Shown here one piece after another: positions 48,416 through 60,960 of a stretch of DNA of 64,000 nucleotides. Below the pieces are notes generated by a model. That model did not search any database and was not told where the DNA came from. It worked only from the letters and a program-made list of their open reading frames with translations. Source of the stretch: Camelus dromedarius (taxonomy: Eukaryota). Position 1 is the stretch's first letter; each line of letters starts with the position of its first letter. Both the position numbers and the translations under genes were made by a program. The stretch spans positions 12,958,001-13,022,000 of the forward strand of contig NC_087436.1 of the NCBI RefSeq assembly GCF_036321535.1, in the 5' to 3' direction.

Positions 48416-51400
48416 CCTCACCTCCTCACCCTCTTTTCCAGGCTGGGTCCTTGGTCTGCTAATCACACTTTCTTTGATATCCTCAGTCTCTCTGCTTCCT
48501 AGCTACGTTCGTTCTATGTACTTCTACTCTGTCCAGCTGAGAGATGAGCAAATATTCTGAGATGATGTGCCAGGTTTTCATTACTCATTTTCTTGTGAAT
48601 GAGAGAGAAGGGAAAATTGCTTCCCTGCCCACCCCTCATCTCCTCATTTTGAGATGCTGTTGCTGTGAGAGCAGGACTACAGAATTCATTGGCAAAGGTG
48701 AAACCTGGGTCTCAGGAAACGCTGTTTTTAAAAGGAAATCTCTTGTAAAAAGTAAATGCTTTGTCTGTCCTTGAGAACGTTAACTGTGGGATGGGTAAAA
48801 CTCAGATTGTACGGCACGGTGAGGCTTAAGGAGCAGGGAAGTATGGCCGCCAAGAAGCAACAGTTATTCTAGAAAACCAGATTATGCAGCATCACGAGAT
48901 TAAAGGGTGCCACAGTCTTGCGAAAAAGCAAGTCATATTTGGTAAGAAGCCTAAGAAGTGTAAGTGAAAGTATTAAATTTTATGGGATGCAGTGTCTATT
49001 TAAACAGAGCCCACATCCTAAATTGGGCCATTTTCAGGGAGGCAAATGAGCTTTCCTCTTGAATGTCGACTAGGTATCTTAGACCTGGGTAGCCCTGATT
49101 TCAAACTTTCGGCTTAGTTTACGGAAGAGGTTGAGAACAGATAGAGAGAAGATAACCAGTTATTACGTCCTAGCCCAAATTATCAGTGTGGTGAAATAGG
49201 ATTTGAGAAATACGTAAGATTCTTTTCCTTAATAAATGTTCAGTCACATAACCCTTTATGTCCCTTCCCTGTTCCAAATTTTGTGGACTGTCCAATGTCA
49301 TTAGAATAAAGGACACACTTGACTTTGTGTTCTGCTTTACAGTGTAATGACCTTGGGTAGTCTTTGCTTCTATGACCTGCCTCTGAGTCTCTTCTCCCCA
49401 AAGTGCGCATGGGTTAGATAGTCAGGGCTCTTATTTTATTGCTCAGACTGTTCATTTCACCAAGGATGCCTTCCTCTTTTCTTAGGCTTTCCAATTCCTA
49501 CCAATTCCTTGAGATCCTGTTTAAAGAAGTGTTGGCAGGAAGGTTTAAGACATACAGATAAATCAAATAAGGACTAGTCAGTGTTATAAGAATGACACAG
49601 ATAGATAGCCATGGGCGTCTGGTGGACAGGAAGATCACTTCAGCTCAGTGCATCAGGGAAGAGGTAGCCGTTCAGTGGAATTCTTGGAAGACGGAAAAGC
49701 AGAAAGAGACACACACACACACACACTCACACATGTACACTCATTCGGGCGTCAGCCAGGGGTGGGACATGGGCCAGACAGTCCATGGTCTTCTTGGATT
49801 CGAACTCAGAGCGACAGCCCAGCCTGGCTTCAGCTGTCACCCCTAGTGTGTGACTGACTGTGTGTGCACCTGCAGGGGCAGTGCGGGGAGTGGTTGTGCT
49901 GGCTGGGGACAGGGTGAATAGCAATTCTTGGAAGAGGTAGCAATTGCATGGGGCCTTTGTATTCAAAGAAATGAATGAATTAGGAGGATTGGATCATATT
50001 GAAGTAGAGGGGGAAGGAATTACCTGCAGAGAGAACACCACGGGAAAAATCCTGGAGCAAGGAGTGTGTGCAGCAGTGGATTGTGTTTTGACAGGAACAC
50101 AGGCATTAAAAGTGAAATAAGAGAAAATAGGTTTTAACGGTGGGTCGGGGACACACTATGGAAACTTTCTGTGAATGCAAAACGTTGGCATTGGGGACTC
50201 AGTAAACTCTATTCCTTTCTTGAGTTCAGAGCCAATTGAGAGATCTCAGGAGTCAACAAACTGAAATTATAATCTCATCACTATGACCTTGAAAGCTGAT
50301 TAGAGGATGTTCTTTGAGACCAGTGACCAGACAGAATTACCAAACAGGCGTGGGAATCATTGGGCAACTCAAGGCTTCTCTTGCAGCGGAACACCTCCTA
50401 CCACGTGGCAGACAGCAGGGAATTAGCTTCTTCCCCCGTCCTTCCTTTCTTTCCTTCCTTCTCCCCCATATTTATTGAGTACCTACCATGTGCCAGCTAC
50501 TCTTCTACCTGCTGAGGACAAAGTATCGAACAGGACAGACACAGAACTTAAATTTGAGAAAGAAATTCAAGGCTGACCAAATCTGAAAAGAAAATCCCAG
50601 AGAGGTCTCAGCTAATTCTGCTCAATTTCTTCCCCCAAACTCAGGACGCTTTAGAACCACAAAATGACAAATGTTCACCTCACCCAATTTTCTAACCTAT
50701 AAAATGATAGTAAGAATTCTTTCCTTTAATAAGTCCTCATTTTTTTTAAGTCAAATGAAAACATATTGACAATGTTAGCATACTGTTCACAGATGAAGAA
50801 ATGTTTAGTTAATGAACTGTAGTGTTTTCTGCTTACGCTCTTTTCTCTCTCTTCTTAGCAACTGTTATTACCTTAATTCCTCTTTGTCCTCTGATTCATT
50901 CTTTCACTTTCCTCCTTAACTTGCCTACTTTTTACCACTAAGGATGCTTGAGTACTTTCCAAGGAAACCCTCCCCTGAGTGGCTTTCAGTAAAAGTCCCA
51001 AAGCTACTCTGCATTGGAAAGAAAATTTGCTGGTGCTTTGGGAATGCTTTAACTCATCATTTAAGTTTGATAAACTTCTGAGTGTACAAAAGAATGTAGT
51101 CAATGAGAAGAAAGAGTTTCTCTTGGAGCAGGGGGCTTTATTATTGAGTGCTGGGCTGGACCAAACACCACACTGAGCAGTAGGAGATAATAGAGAGCAA
51201 CATGGAAATGGTCCCTCTCTTTGAAAAGCTTTTTTTTTTTTTCTGTGGGGGAGAAGAGAAGAGACCACAAGGGTGGTCAGTGATGGAGAAACACAGGGGT
51301 CTATGAGGATAGATGGGAGGACCATTTGAGGATGTGCTCTTTAAGGACTTCAGCCTGGGTCCCTCAGGTGATGTTCTGCGGGCTGAGAACCTTCAGCTGA

Positions 51401-52895
51401 AATAGTTTAGAAAAATATATGGGCACGTGCACCACAAGGGCATAGGATGGTATTCACTAAGTTAACGGATTTTGTACTCCAGCTAAATAAAAATATAATG
51501 TGAAGCAGCTAACAAAACTACACGAAATTTACAAAGATGAAAAGAAAATTAAGAAAGTCAAGGCAAAAGGAAAGGGAAGCAGCATGGTAAGATGAAGCCA
51601 GGAAGAATTTAGTTCCTGGAAATAGGGTCTGCAAGATCACGCACTTGGCGTTAAAGCTGGTACCATTTCCCGTAGTGACAAGATTCATAGTGTCCCCGGG
51701 TGAGAAACATTCCTTCTGCTCAGAAGATGCATTGACTTCCCTGGAGCTAAAAGACCGTGGGAAGATTTTTCCTGTAGGTCTTTACAGAGGGGACACTGAG
51801 ATGTGATGGGAAGTCGCCTCTCAGTGCGCTTAAGGTCAACGTGCAGTTCTGTACAAAGTGTTTGTGTCGAGAACAGGGAGCCAAGCAGTGCAGCCCACGC
51901 TTCCTTCAGATCTACGTGAACTGCTTTCTCTCTTCCTCCAGGAAAGGAAAGCTGCTAAGGAGGCTATGTTTCCAGACCTTAGCATTTGCCAACAGTGATG
52001 GTGACGCTTTTGTAGGCATGAAAACAGCAGCTAATGCTGTTTCAGTAAATCGTACTGGAACTCACAGCTGTAAGTTTATAGTGTGGACTCCCTCACTTTG
52101 ACTTCCCACTATTTGTCTTTTCATTAGGACTTTTCAAACCTAGGGGTCCTCCTTGAGTTTAGGGTGCACCTGTCTGTGTTTATATCTGAGAGAGCACCCT
52201 TCTGCTGGGAAGAATTCTGTGCATAAATTTAGGGTACCCTTTTGTTTTACAAAACATATACAGGAGAGGTACAACTAAAGATAAAAGTCATGTGATTCTA
52301 AATAATGGTATTCATTCCCCAAAAGAGAATGAGATGCTTAAACATGGATCCTTTGAAAAAAAAAAAATCTAGTAACTAGCTCCCCTCTCCAGACTGTTCA
52401 GGCTTTCAGGGTGTCCTACGTGGGTGGAGTGGGAAGAGGGTGGCCCTCAAAAGTCACACAAGATTGAAGCTTCATATATTTATATACACATATATGCATA
52501 TGGAGTAAAGCAGGCTCAACAGAAAACACTGCTTACAAAAACACATCCTTTAAAAAGTGAACATTGGCCGTGATAGCATCCCGAGAGAGAACACCTGTTA
52601 GGAGACTGGGGTAGATTCTTAAGGTTTTTAAAATTTCCTCTGGAAATAGTAACATTGATGTAACCCAGCACAACAGCTTTCTGTCTTGAACTAGGAAACC
52701 AATCAAAAGGAAACAAGCCTCACTTTGCCGTGGGCCAGGTGGAACCACGTGGCCCGTCACCTTTGCCTCCTGCTGCTCACGTCGAAGGAATGCAGGTGAT
52801 GGCAGGGAAAGTCGTATCTGATTTTCTTCCTCTGCTGGGGAACACCCAAATGGAGCCTCCAAACACGTACGGTCTCCTTTGTATTTTAGATTTTT

Positions 52896-53486
52896 TTTTT
52901 AAGTGAAAGCAAGTTTATTTAGAGAAATACACATTCCATAGACAGAATTTGTTCGTCTCAGAGGGGAGAACAGCCCTGGAGCATGGAGTCGTCTCCAGAA
53001 GTGACAGTGGCCATAGGAGATAGATGCACACTACACAGACAAGAGTGCAGGCTGTCTCAGAAGACAGGAGAGGCAGCCTTGGGGTGCAGGGCTTGGTTAA
53101 TATTTATGGGCTGCGTGATTTCATAGGCTACCAACTGGGAGGATTATTCCAACTGTTTGGGGGAAGGGGTAGGGAGGAATTGGCCAGCATGGGAACTGAC
53201 ATGGGGGCTGTGGGTGTGGCATTTAGAGCTAATGTACTACCATGGGCCTACAATGAGGCTCAGGGTCTACTGAAAGCGAATCTTCTGCCATCTCTAACTA
53301 GTTTATGTCCTCTCCTCAATTGCTGTGTCAGTCGTTCAATGATTGTGCCCTGCCCCCTTTCCTCCTGTCTCAGGAAGGCCCAGTTTTATTCATGGTACGG
53401 TTTATTTAATGGTGTTATCTTTTACATATTTGAGCCTTCTTATTCTGTGTCTTAATAGTCGTGACTGCTTTTGAAGGGTACCAGAA
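52896..53486 (-). mobile_element. L1-mediated retrocopy of an LTR-terminated transcript
   Basis: Poly-T, then LTR R-U3 (52901-53372), then 114 bp of non-LTR sequence. 16-bp TSD TGTATTTTAGATTTTT (52880-52895, 53487-53502). Confidence 0.85.
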
Positions 53487-53846
53487 TGTATTTTAGATTT
53501 TTGCATGCAGTGCAACCCGGATTGTGTGAAGGGCGTGGAAAAGTCAGGTGTGGTGCTTCCAGTCTCCCTGACCGTGTGCCCCCCCCCCCCCCCCCGCCTG
53601 GGCTTTTTTCCCCGTTTGCATGTGGCCACTCTCTCGGAGAAGCATTCCTCTGCTGCAGTCTGTCAGCCTTTATAACTCTTTCTCTTCTTCCTCAGTACCT
53701 TGTCTCTTCTTGAAACCTCAGTCCGAATAATTCTCCGATCCTTCTCTTTTTGCTTCGGAGTGGAGGAGAGATGACTTAGTCCCGAAGTGGAGGTGAGGAA
53801 GAAGGCTTCACCGACCTGGACAGCTGTGGGTTATCTCAGAGAATAG

Positions 53847-54353
53847 TGTTCCCAGAGAATAGGTTCGTGCCTTGCGCAGGAAAGAATTCAAGAGTGAGTC
53901 ACGGTAAAGTGAAAGCAAGTTTATTTAGAGAGATACACACTCCATAGACAGAGGGGGACCCGTCTCTCTCAGAAGGGAGAGTGGCTTAGGAGATACACGC
54001 TCCATAGGCAGAATGTGGGCTGTCTCAAAAGGGGAGAGGGAGAGGGAGAGGGAGAGGGAGAGGGACCACAAGATAAGAAGTTGTTGGTTTTTATGGACTC
54101 GGTCATTTCATACGCTAATGAGTAGGAGGGGTTATTCCAACTGTTTTGGGGCAGGGGTGGGGATTTCCAGGAATTGGGCCCCATGCACTTGTTGACCTTT
54201 TTTGCAGCCTAGGGACTGTCATGGCACCTGTGGGGGTGCCATGAGGCTCAGGGTCAAATCTTCCCCCATCTTGGTTCTAACCAGTTTGTCTTATCCCCAA
54301 TTGCTGTGTCATTCTTTCAGTGGTTGTGCCCTGCCCCCTTCCCTCCTGTCTCA
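53847..54353 (-). mobile_element. ERV1-like solo LTR, complete
   Basis: TG...CA ends (tgttccc...cctgtctca), flanks atag/gtag, AATAAA on the minus strand, internal (GGGAGA)n. Confidence 0.85.
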
Positions 54354-55019
54354 GTAGGCCATCTCATGGTGGGTAGGAGTCCCTCCTTCCCTCCCTCCCT
54401 CCCTCGCCGACCCAGCTCAGTGCGCTAAAAGAGCCCTCGTCTCTCCAGAACCATCATAAAAGCCTTTCTCTTCCCTTAGCCTGTGAGGCCCTAGACTCAG
54501 AAGCAATAGGACCATTGCACCACATATGTTATTCTTTTTAAACTCAAAAGTGGGCTCTTACTGTACCCATGCATTTTTACAACTTCTATTCTTAACAGTA
54601 TATCCTGGTTATTTTTCTATGTGTGTATACATGGATCTGTTCTATTCTTTTTAACACAAGCGTACAGTTCCACTGTATAGCTCTAACATTAACCAACTCC
54701 ATTGTGATGGACCTTTTGTATTGTTTGTAATTTTTTACTGGAAAAATAAGAATATTCTCAACATTCACTGGGGATGATCAACATTTCTTTATCTTTCCCT
54801 ATGTGAAAGGCAAAAATAATATAAAAAGATTAGATCAGAGCTTATTAGATGACTTAATTATTTTTGAAGTCAACTGTCTCCATGTGTGTTTCGTGGCCTG
54901 CATGTCTTTCTTGTGGTCTCTCAGCCTCATTCTGTAACTTCCACTTCTGAATTAAGGGGCAGAGTTGGTCTACAGCTATTTTGCTGGGTGTTTTTCCTCT
55001 CAGTTGGGAGATGGACTAG

Positions 55020-55330
55020 GAGGGTAACTCCTAGATTTTTGACTTGAGCCACAGGCTGGATGGAGATACCATTTGATTGGAAAAGACTTGGGGGAAAGTG
55101 GCTGGAGGCAGTGGGAGGGAAGAAGTGAAAAGTTCTATTTTGGACATTTGGTTGAATGTGAGATGCCCATGAACCTTGCGCAGTGGTCAAGTCATGGAGG
55201 TTCTTCCATATGTGAGTCTGGAGCACAAGGAAGTCAACTCTTCCTTTGAGGTTGTCCTAATATAGGAGGTATTTAAAATCGAGACTGGATGAGATCACCA
55301 GAGCAGGGAATCCAGAGAGAGAGAAGAGGA
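55020..55330 (-). mobile_element. L2 fragment
   Basis: actcctagatttttgacttgagcc...ggatggagataccattt...ttctattttggacat...gactggatgagatcacc. Confidence 0.7.
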
Positions 55331-55874
55331 GACATTTATGCAGCAGCTTGAAAGCACTGATGAATGTGCATATGAGGCAGATATGAACATAAATCCCATT
55401 GTGAAATCCTAGAGGAAGGAGGAAATAAGAAAAATAAGATATCAGCTTTTGTAATCCCTGTTTCTTCTGCCAAATTTCATATAAGGCTCATAACTGGCCA
55501 AAGAATTTATGCCTGAGCTTCAGGGAAATAAACCCTTGGAGGAAATATTTAGCTAAGATCTTGTCATCAATTTGTTTGTTATTTAGGGATTTATGATATT
55601 AGACATTGTGAATATCTCTACTAATCATATAGTATTTGTAATGCAAGTTCATTTGTGAATACACAAAATGTTTCTGATCATGTAATTCTTTTTGTACCCA
55701 GATACTTGGATACCATGAAAACATTCGATTGAAGATTGATTTGTTCTTGAAACACATTTTTCTTTCATTTTGTTATAGTCTGGTGATGAAGAGTAGTGGA
55801 AAGTATTTGAAAGTGTCCTAATATAGGAGGTATTTAAGATCATGAGACTGGATGAGATCACCAGAGCAGGGAAT
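55253..55874 (+). repeat. ~60-bp direct repeat (55253-55311 and 55814-55874)
   Basis: tgtcctaatataggaggtatttaa...gagactggatgagatcaccagagcagggaat occurs twice, differing by one substitution and a 2-nt indel. Confidence 0.92.
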
Positions 55875-56993
55875 GATGGTTGCTTTTACCAGTGAAAGTT
55901 TTACTGTGATACTGTTTGTGAAAACATAACAGAGGACAATAGCAAATAGTAGATGGTAAGACGCCCTGAGAGAAGTTTACTCTTGTTACTAACACTGTTA
56001 ACGCCGCTAACAAACCATTGAAATGAGACCTTGAAACTCAAGAAACTTAATGCAGTTAGAGCTTGTGAAAGTCCAAGTCGTGAGGGTTTTTCAGGTGCAT
56101 CTGAAAGTAAAAGATGATTTAGATGGGATTTGGGCTACGTCGTATGAGTGCGTTGATTTTTGAATGTTACTATTGAGCAACCAGTTACTTAAAATCGCTA
56201 CCTGTATTTCTGTTCTTTTGCCACAAGATTCTTCAGACTATCAAAAGCCTAAATCAGACCGCTGAAATTAGTAAATAAAGCAAAAGCGAGTATGATTTTT
56301 AACATAAATCAGTGGCTCCGCTACTGACAACCTAATTTTTATGCCATAAATATCAGTTAATTATCCTTTTAAAGATGAGTATCTTACCTGTATTGGAAGA
56401 TTCGACCTCATTAAAACAGTGTCATTGGTAGGAAAGAGCTCTGGGAGGACCACTTCTGTGGCCCGCGGGCTGGGTGATTCTGTTCCTCTAACTTGAGCTT
56501 CCTTTGATTCCTTTCAGCAGAGGTACATTGCAGGGTTTGGGGTTTTTAGTTTTTGTTTGATTTGAGTGTGTATGTGTGTGTGTGTTTAAGGTTAAAAGGA
56601 TCTTCACAAAAGTAGACAATGTTTTTAGTTTTAGTTTTTCCAATGACAAGCGTTATTAAAAGAAACTTTTGTAAAACATGAAGGCATGATACAAAACTTG
56701 AACTTAGTGAAAGCATTTGGCTGGGGCCCGAAATAAAAGAAAATGGTTTAGGTTCTTCTTCTTCCTCCTCCACAGGTATTGTTGCTCCTTCTTTTTTATA
56801 ATTTAGCTTTTCTCTAGGAATACAGCACAGAGGCGGCGGTGAAAGGAGGGTGAACTTGCCTATAAAACCAGCTCAAATGCAGGATCTCAAATGAGCCCCT
56901 GACACACATTAGACTGAAGTCACTTCAAGTCACTCTCTTGGGCCTGAAGTGCTGACTGTTTTCTAACAAAATGTTTCTCCCGATGCTTTAGGT

Positions 56994-57334
56994 CAGGGGT
57001 TGACGAACCCCGGTCCAGGCACAGGGACCAGATCCAGCCTGTTGCCTGTTTTTGTAGCCCTTGTGAGTTAAGAATGGTTTTTGAATTTTTATATGATTGG
57101 GAAAAAAAAGAGAAAGAGAAATCATATTTTGTGGTAAGTGAATCTGACATGAAGTTCAGATTTGGCGCTTGTAAATCAGACTTTTATTGGAACAAAGCCA
57201 CACATTGACATGTTATCTCCGGCTCATTCCTGCTAAAATGGGAGAGTTGAATAGCTGTCAAAGAGGCCTTATGACCTGCAAAGCCTAAGATATTTATTCT
57301 CTGGCCCTTTACAGAAGAAGTTTGCAGACTCCTG
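56994..57334. mobile_element. MER58-like hAT relic
   Basis: caggggttgacgaac...ccagatccagcctgttgcctgtttttgta...cctgcaaagcctaagatatttattctctggccctttacagaagaagtttgcagactcctg. Confidence 0.85.
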
Positions 57335-57399
57335 CTTCAGAAATCAGTAATGCCCCAGGCCTTACTGCAACTCCCATACATCTGCATTTAGTGGATCTT

Positions 57400-58800
57400 C
57401 ATGAATGCATTATTAAATTTGCTTTGCTAATAGTTTCTTGAGGATTTTTGTATCAAGATAATGCTGGCCTTGCAAAATGGGTTTGGAAGTGTTCCCTCCT
57501 TTGCTTTATTTCCTTTTCATTTTTGTTCTATATGTTGGATTTTTTTTTTGCATAAATGAGGTATTTTATATGTAATTTTTTATTGGCCGTTTTTTACTAA
57601 ACATGTGTCTTTGTATACACAGTTTCCATGGCTATGTTGAATTCTATCTTATGGATGAAGTATAATTTATTTAATAATTCTTTTATTATGGACTTTTGGG
57701 GTTTAGAATAAATAATGCTACATTATATGTCTTTTATACAAATATTTGTCTACATATATTCCTAGAAATATACTAACTGGGTCAAGGGATATTTTCAGGT
57801 TTGGGAGAATGTTTACCATATGCGTGTGGTAAAAACAAAGTTATTCTCCAGATAGGCTTTAAAAATGAATGCATATTTATTTCATCTCTGCCACACTTAA
57901 TGTATTATTTGAATGACTGCCAATTTGCTATTTTATTTTAATGGTTGCCAATTTTAATGATTGCCAGTATGTGAAAAATATTATTTTGTTTTACACCTAC
58001 TTTGTCACTAGTGAAGCTGAATATTTTATTATTATTATTATTATTTTTAGTGGAGGCACTAGGGATTGAACCCAGGACCTTGTGCATGCTAAGCATGTAC
58101 TCTACCACTGAGCTATACCCTCCCCCCTGCTGAATATTTAAATATATTTATTCTTCTGTGAATTATTGTTCATATCCTTTGCCTAATTTTTTGGTAATGA
58201 GAAATCAATATTATGTTTATTTTTAAAGATTTATTTCCATAATCACTTTTTTTTTCATTTCATACAGACGTTATACCAAATTTGCATTTAGGTATTTTTG
58301 TGTGTGGTGTTTTTGACACAGTGAAGTTTTAAATGGTTATGTAGTCATTGCATTGACTTTTCCCTTTGTGATTTTTGTCCATCTGTTTTAGTTTTGTAAT
58401 TCCTTTTTGCTTTGAAATTTCTTTCCAGTGCAAGAATCAGTCAAGAATTTTCCTATATATTCATTGTGCCTTAAATGATTTCATTATTTACATTTAACAT
58501 ATCTGTGTATAATTTATTTTGGTGTGAGGTTAATATCAAACTTGATTTTTTCCCCATGTACTTTGCCAATTTTTCTAGCAACTTATGTGGATAAACCCAC
58601 ATTCCTCTGTGGTTTATGATGTTTTCTTTGTATTAGAGAAAAAACTAGGTTTACCAGGATCTGTTTCAGGTCCTACTTTTGTCTTTATGGACCTGCCTGC
58701 CAACTTTTTTTGTTTTCAGATCACACTGTTTTTCAATTGTTTACTTTGTAATAACTCATAGAACAAGTTACAACCTCACCCTTCCCCATTGGTCTCTTCT
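57400..58800 (-). mobile_element. Old L1M fragments
   Basis: T-rich antisense L1 (ataatgctggccttgcaaaatgggtttggaagtgttccctcc; ttcttctgtgaattattgttcatatcctttgcc). Confidence 0.6.
58027..58128 (-). mobile_element. tRNA-derived camelid SINE
   Basis: Near-consensus SINE head. 11-bp TSD GCTGAATATTT (58016-58026, 58129-58139). Confidence 0.94.
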
Positions 58801-59179
58801 CACAAAATTTCTTTTGGCTTTTTTTGGGGGAAAGAGTGGGGCAAGAAGTAGCAGGATTAGTGGTTTCTTAATCCCACTCCTTAATTAAGGCAATAAAAAC
58901 ATGTTATCAGAACAGTAACCTTTTTTAAAATTGCAATATGATAGTATATATTCCGTTTATTCTAACAGCTTGGTCAACTTCTCTGAAAATAAAATACAGT
59001 TTTTTTTCCAACTTTTGAATGGTTCCACATGCCTTAAGATAGTTTTCATTTTCTTTTGCCAGTTTTAGCATTTTGGATTTTATGCTATGATGATATAGTT
59101 TGGTGAACAGATTGTGTTTTGGGAATTAAAAAAATATTCCTCAATGAGTGTTTTCTGGGTGTTGTGAAATGTCTTGTTG

Positions 59180-59938
59180 CTGTCACTGTTTAAGTTTTAG
59201 TTCATAACCATAAACTTAACTCTGCCATCCAGAAAGACCTAGAGGGGGACAAGGAAAATATGGAACCCGAAGAAGTGCAGTGAGAACACAGAGATCATGT
59301 GGTATTGCCCGCAGGCAGGGAATAGCGGGTGCTCTCCTGAGCTACGGAAGGAATGGTCTGGTGGTTAAGATAAAATGCAAGTCAAATTGATGAGAGTTAT
59401 CCACCTTGGGCAAGGGTGATTTTTTTTCCCTTTGGTCTTGCCATTCCTACCCCATACCTTTCCATGGTTTCCACAATATTCATTCCCTCTTTCACCTTGC
59501 CAAGCACCACCTGCTTGCCATTCCACCATTCTGTCTGGGCAGCGCAGATGAAAAACTTGGAACCATTCATATTGGGTCCAGCATATGCCATGGACAAGAT
59601 GCCCGGACCCATATGCTTCAGGATAAAATTATCATCATCAAATTTCTCCCTTAGATGGACTTGCTGCCTTTGCCATATTGGCATATGAAGTCACCACCCT
59701 GACCTGTAAACACTGGAATAATTCTCTGAAAGCAGGAACCCTTGTAACAAATCCCTTCTCCCCAGTGCTCAGAGCATGACAGTTTTCTGCTTGTCTTTGG
59801 AACTTTGTTTGGAAACAGCTCAAAAGAGACATGGGCCAAGAGCTCGCTGGCTATGGCTGTGTCAAAAAAACCATGGTGGGTTGACCATGGCTGGGCAGTG
59901 TGTGAACCTCCGGAGGGTGTCCGTGGTGTCTGCAAGGC
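59180..59938 (-). pseudogene. PPIA: Processed pseudogene of peptidyl-prolyl isomerase A (cyclophilin A)
   Basis: Intronless. ATG at 59888 (ATGGTCAACCC = MVNP). Peptides [72 protein letters not shown] and [15 protein letters not shown] are spread over different frames with frameshifts and stops. PPIA-like 5' and 3' UTRs. Possible TSD TGTCTTGTT (59170-59178, 59939-59947). Confidence 0.96.
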
Positions 59939-60496
59939 TGTCTTGTTCTTCTGTGTTTTCCCTAAGAGTCAAACTAGAGAGACTAGTTCTGAAAGCTATT
60001 TCTAAACCATGCTTGCATTTTATACATAGCGTTAGATACATTCATTCACGCCGCACATTTTTATAGCATCTTCAGTATGAGCCAGGCACTGCTGCTGTGG
60101 GTGCCGGAGATGCAGCAGGGAGCAAGATCAGCGTGATTGCAGCAGGGAAGACAAATACTGCCCACACAAATAAAAATATATAATGTCGTGTAGAGATACG
60201 TGCTCTCAGGGTGGGTGACACAATTTTCTGTTGTTTTAGTAATATCTCTGGCTGCGATACAGTAAGTGAATCGTAGTGCCAGTCACTAAAAACACTGGGG
60301 GAAGAGCAGATTTTGGAGCAGTGGGACTGAAGAGTTTTATTTGATCATATTATATTTGAAGTGCCTATTAGACGCCTAAGAGGAGGTGTAATTGGTGGCA
60401 GGATGATGCCTGAATCTGGAGGGCAGGACCAAGATACAACATTGGGGGAATATACGTGGGTTTAATGCCTTGGGCTTGGGCCAGATCACTCAGGGT

Positions 60497-60960
60497 TGTG
60501 GATTAGTGTCCTAGGACTTTGGTAACCAATAACCATGAACTTCATGGCTTAAAGCAATAGAAATTATTGTTGCTTATGGTTCTAGAGGTTAGACTTCCAA
60601 ATGCAGCAGGCCTTGTCTCCTCTGGGGCCTCTAGTGGGTAAACCCTTCTTTGTTTTTTTCCAGCTTCTGATGCCTGTGAAGTGTTCCTGGACTTGGGGCC
60701 CCATCACTCCACTCTCTGCTTCCGTGTTCACGTAGCTTCCTCCTCCTCTGTCTGCCACATCTCTCTGCCTCCTTCTTACAAGGACATTGGATTAAGGGCT
60801 CATCTAGATTATCCAGGATAAACTCCTGGCAAAATTGTTAACTTAATCACAGTTTTGGCAATACAAGGTAATAGTCACTCTTTGATAAATAAAATCCATG
60901 ATTTCCAGGGATTAGGAGGCAGACAGTTCTTTTGGGGGACCACTGTTCAACCCCATTCAG
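60497..60960 (-). mobile_element. MaLR solo LTR (MLT1C/D-like) within L2 remnants
   Basis: attagtgtcctagg...ggcttaaagcaatagaaatt...ttctagagg...catcactccactctctgcttccgtgttcac...ccagggattagg...ttcaaccc. Confidence 0.8.
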
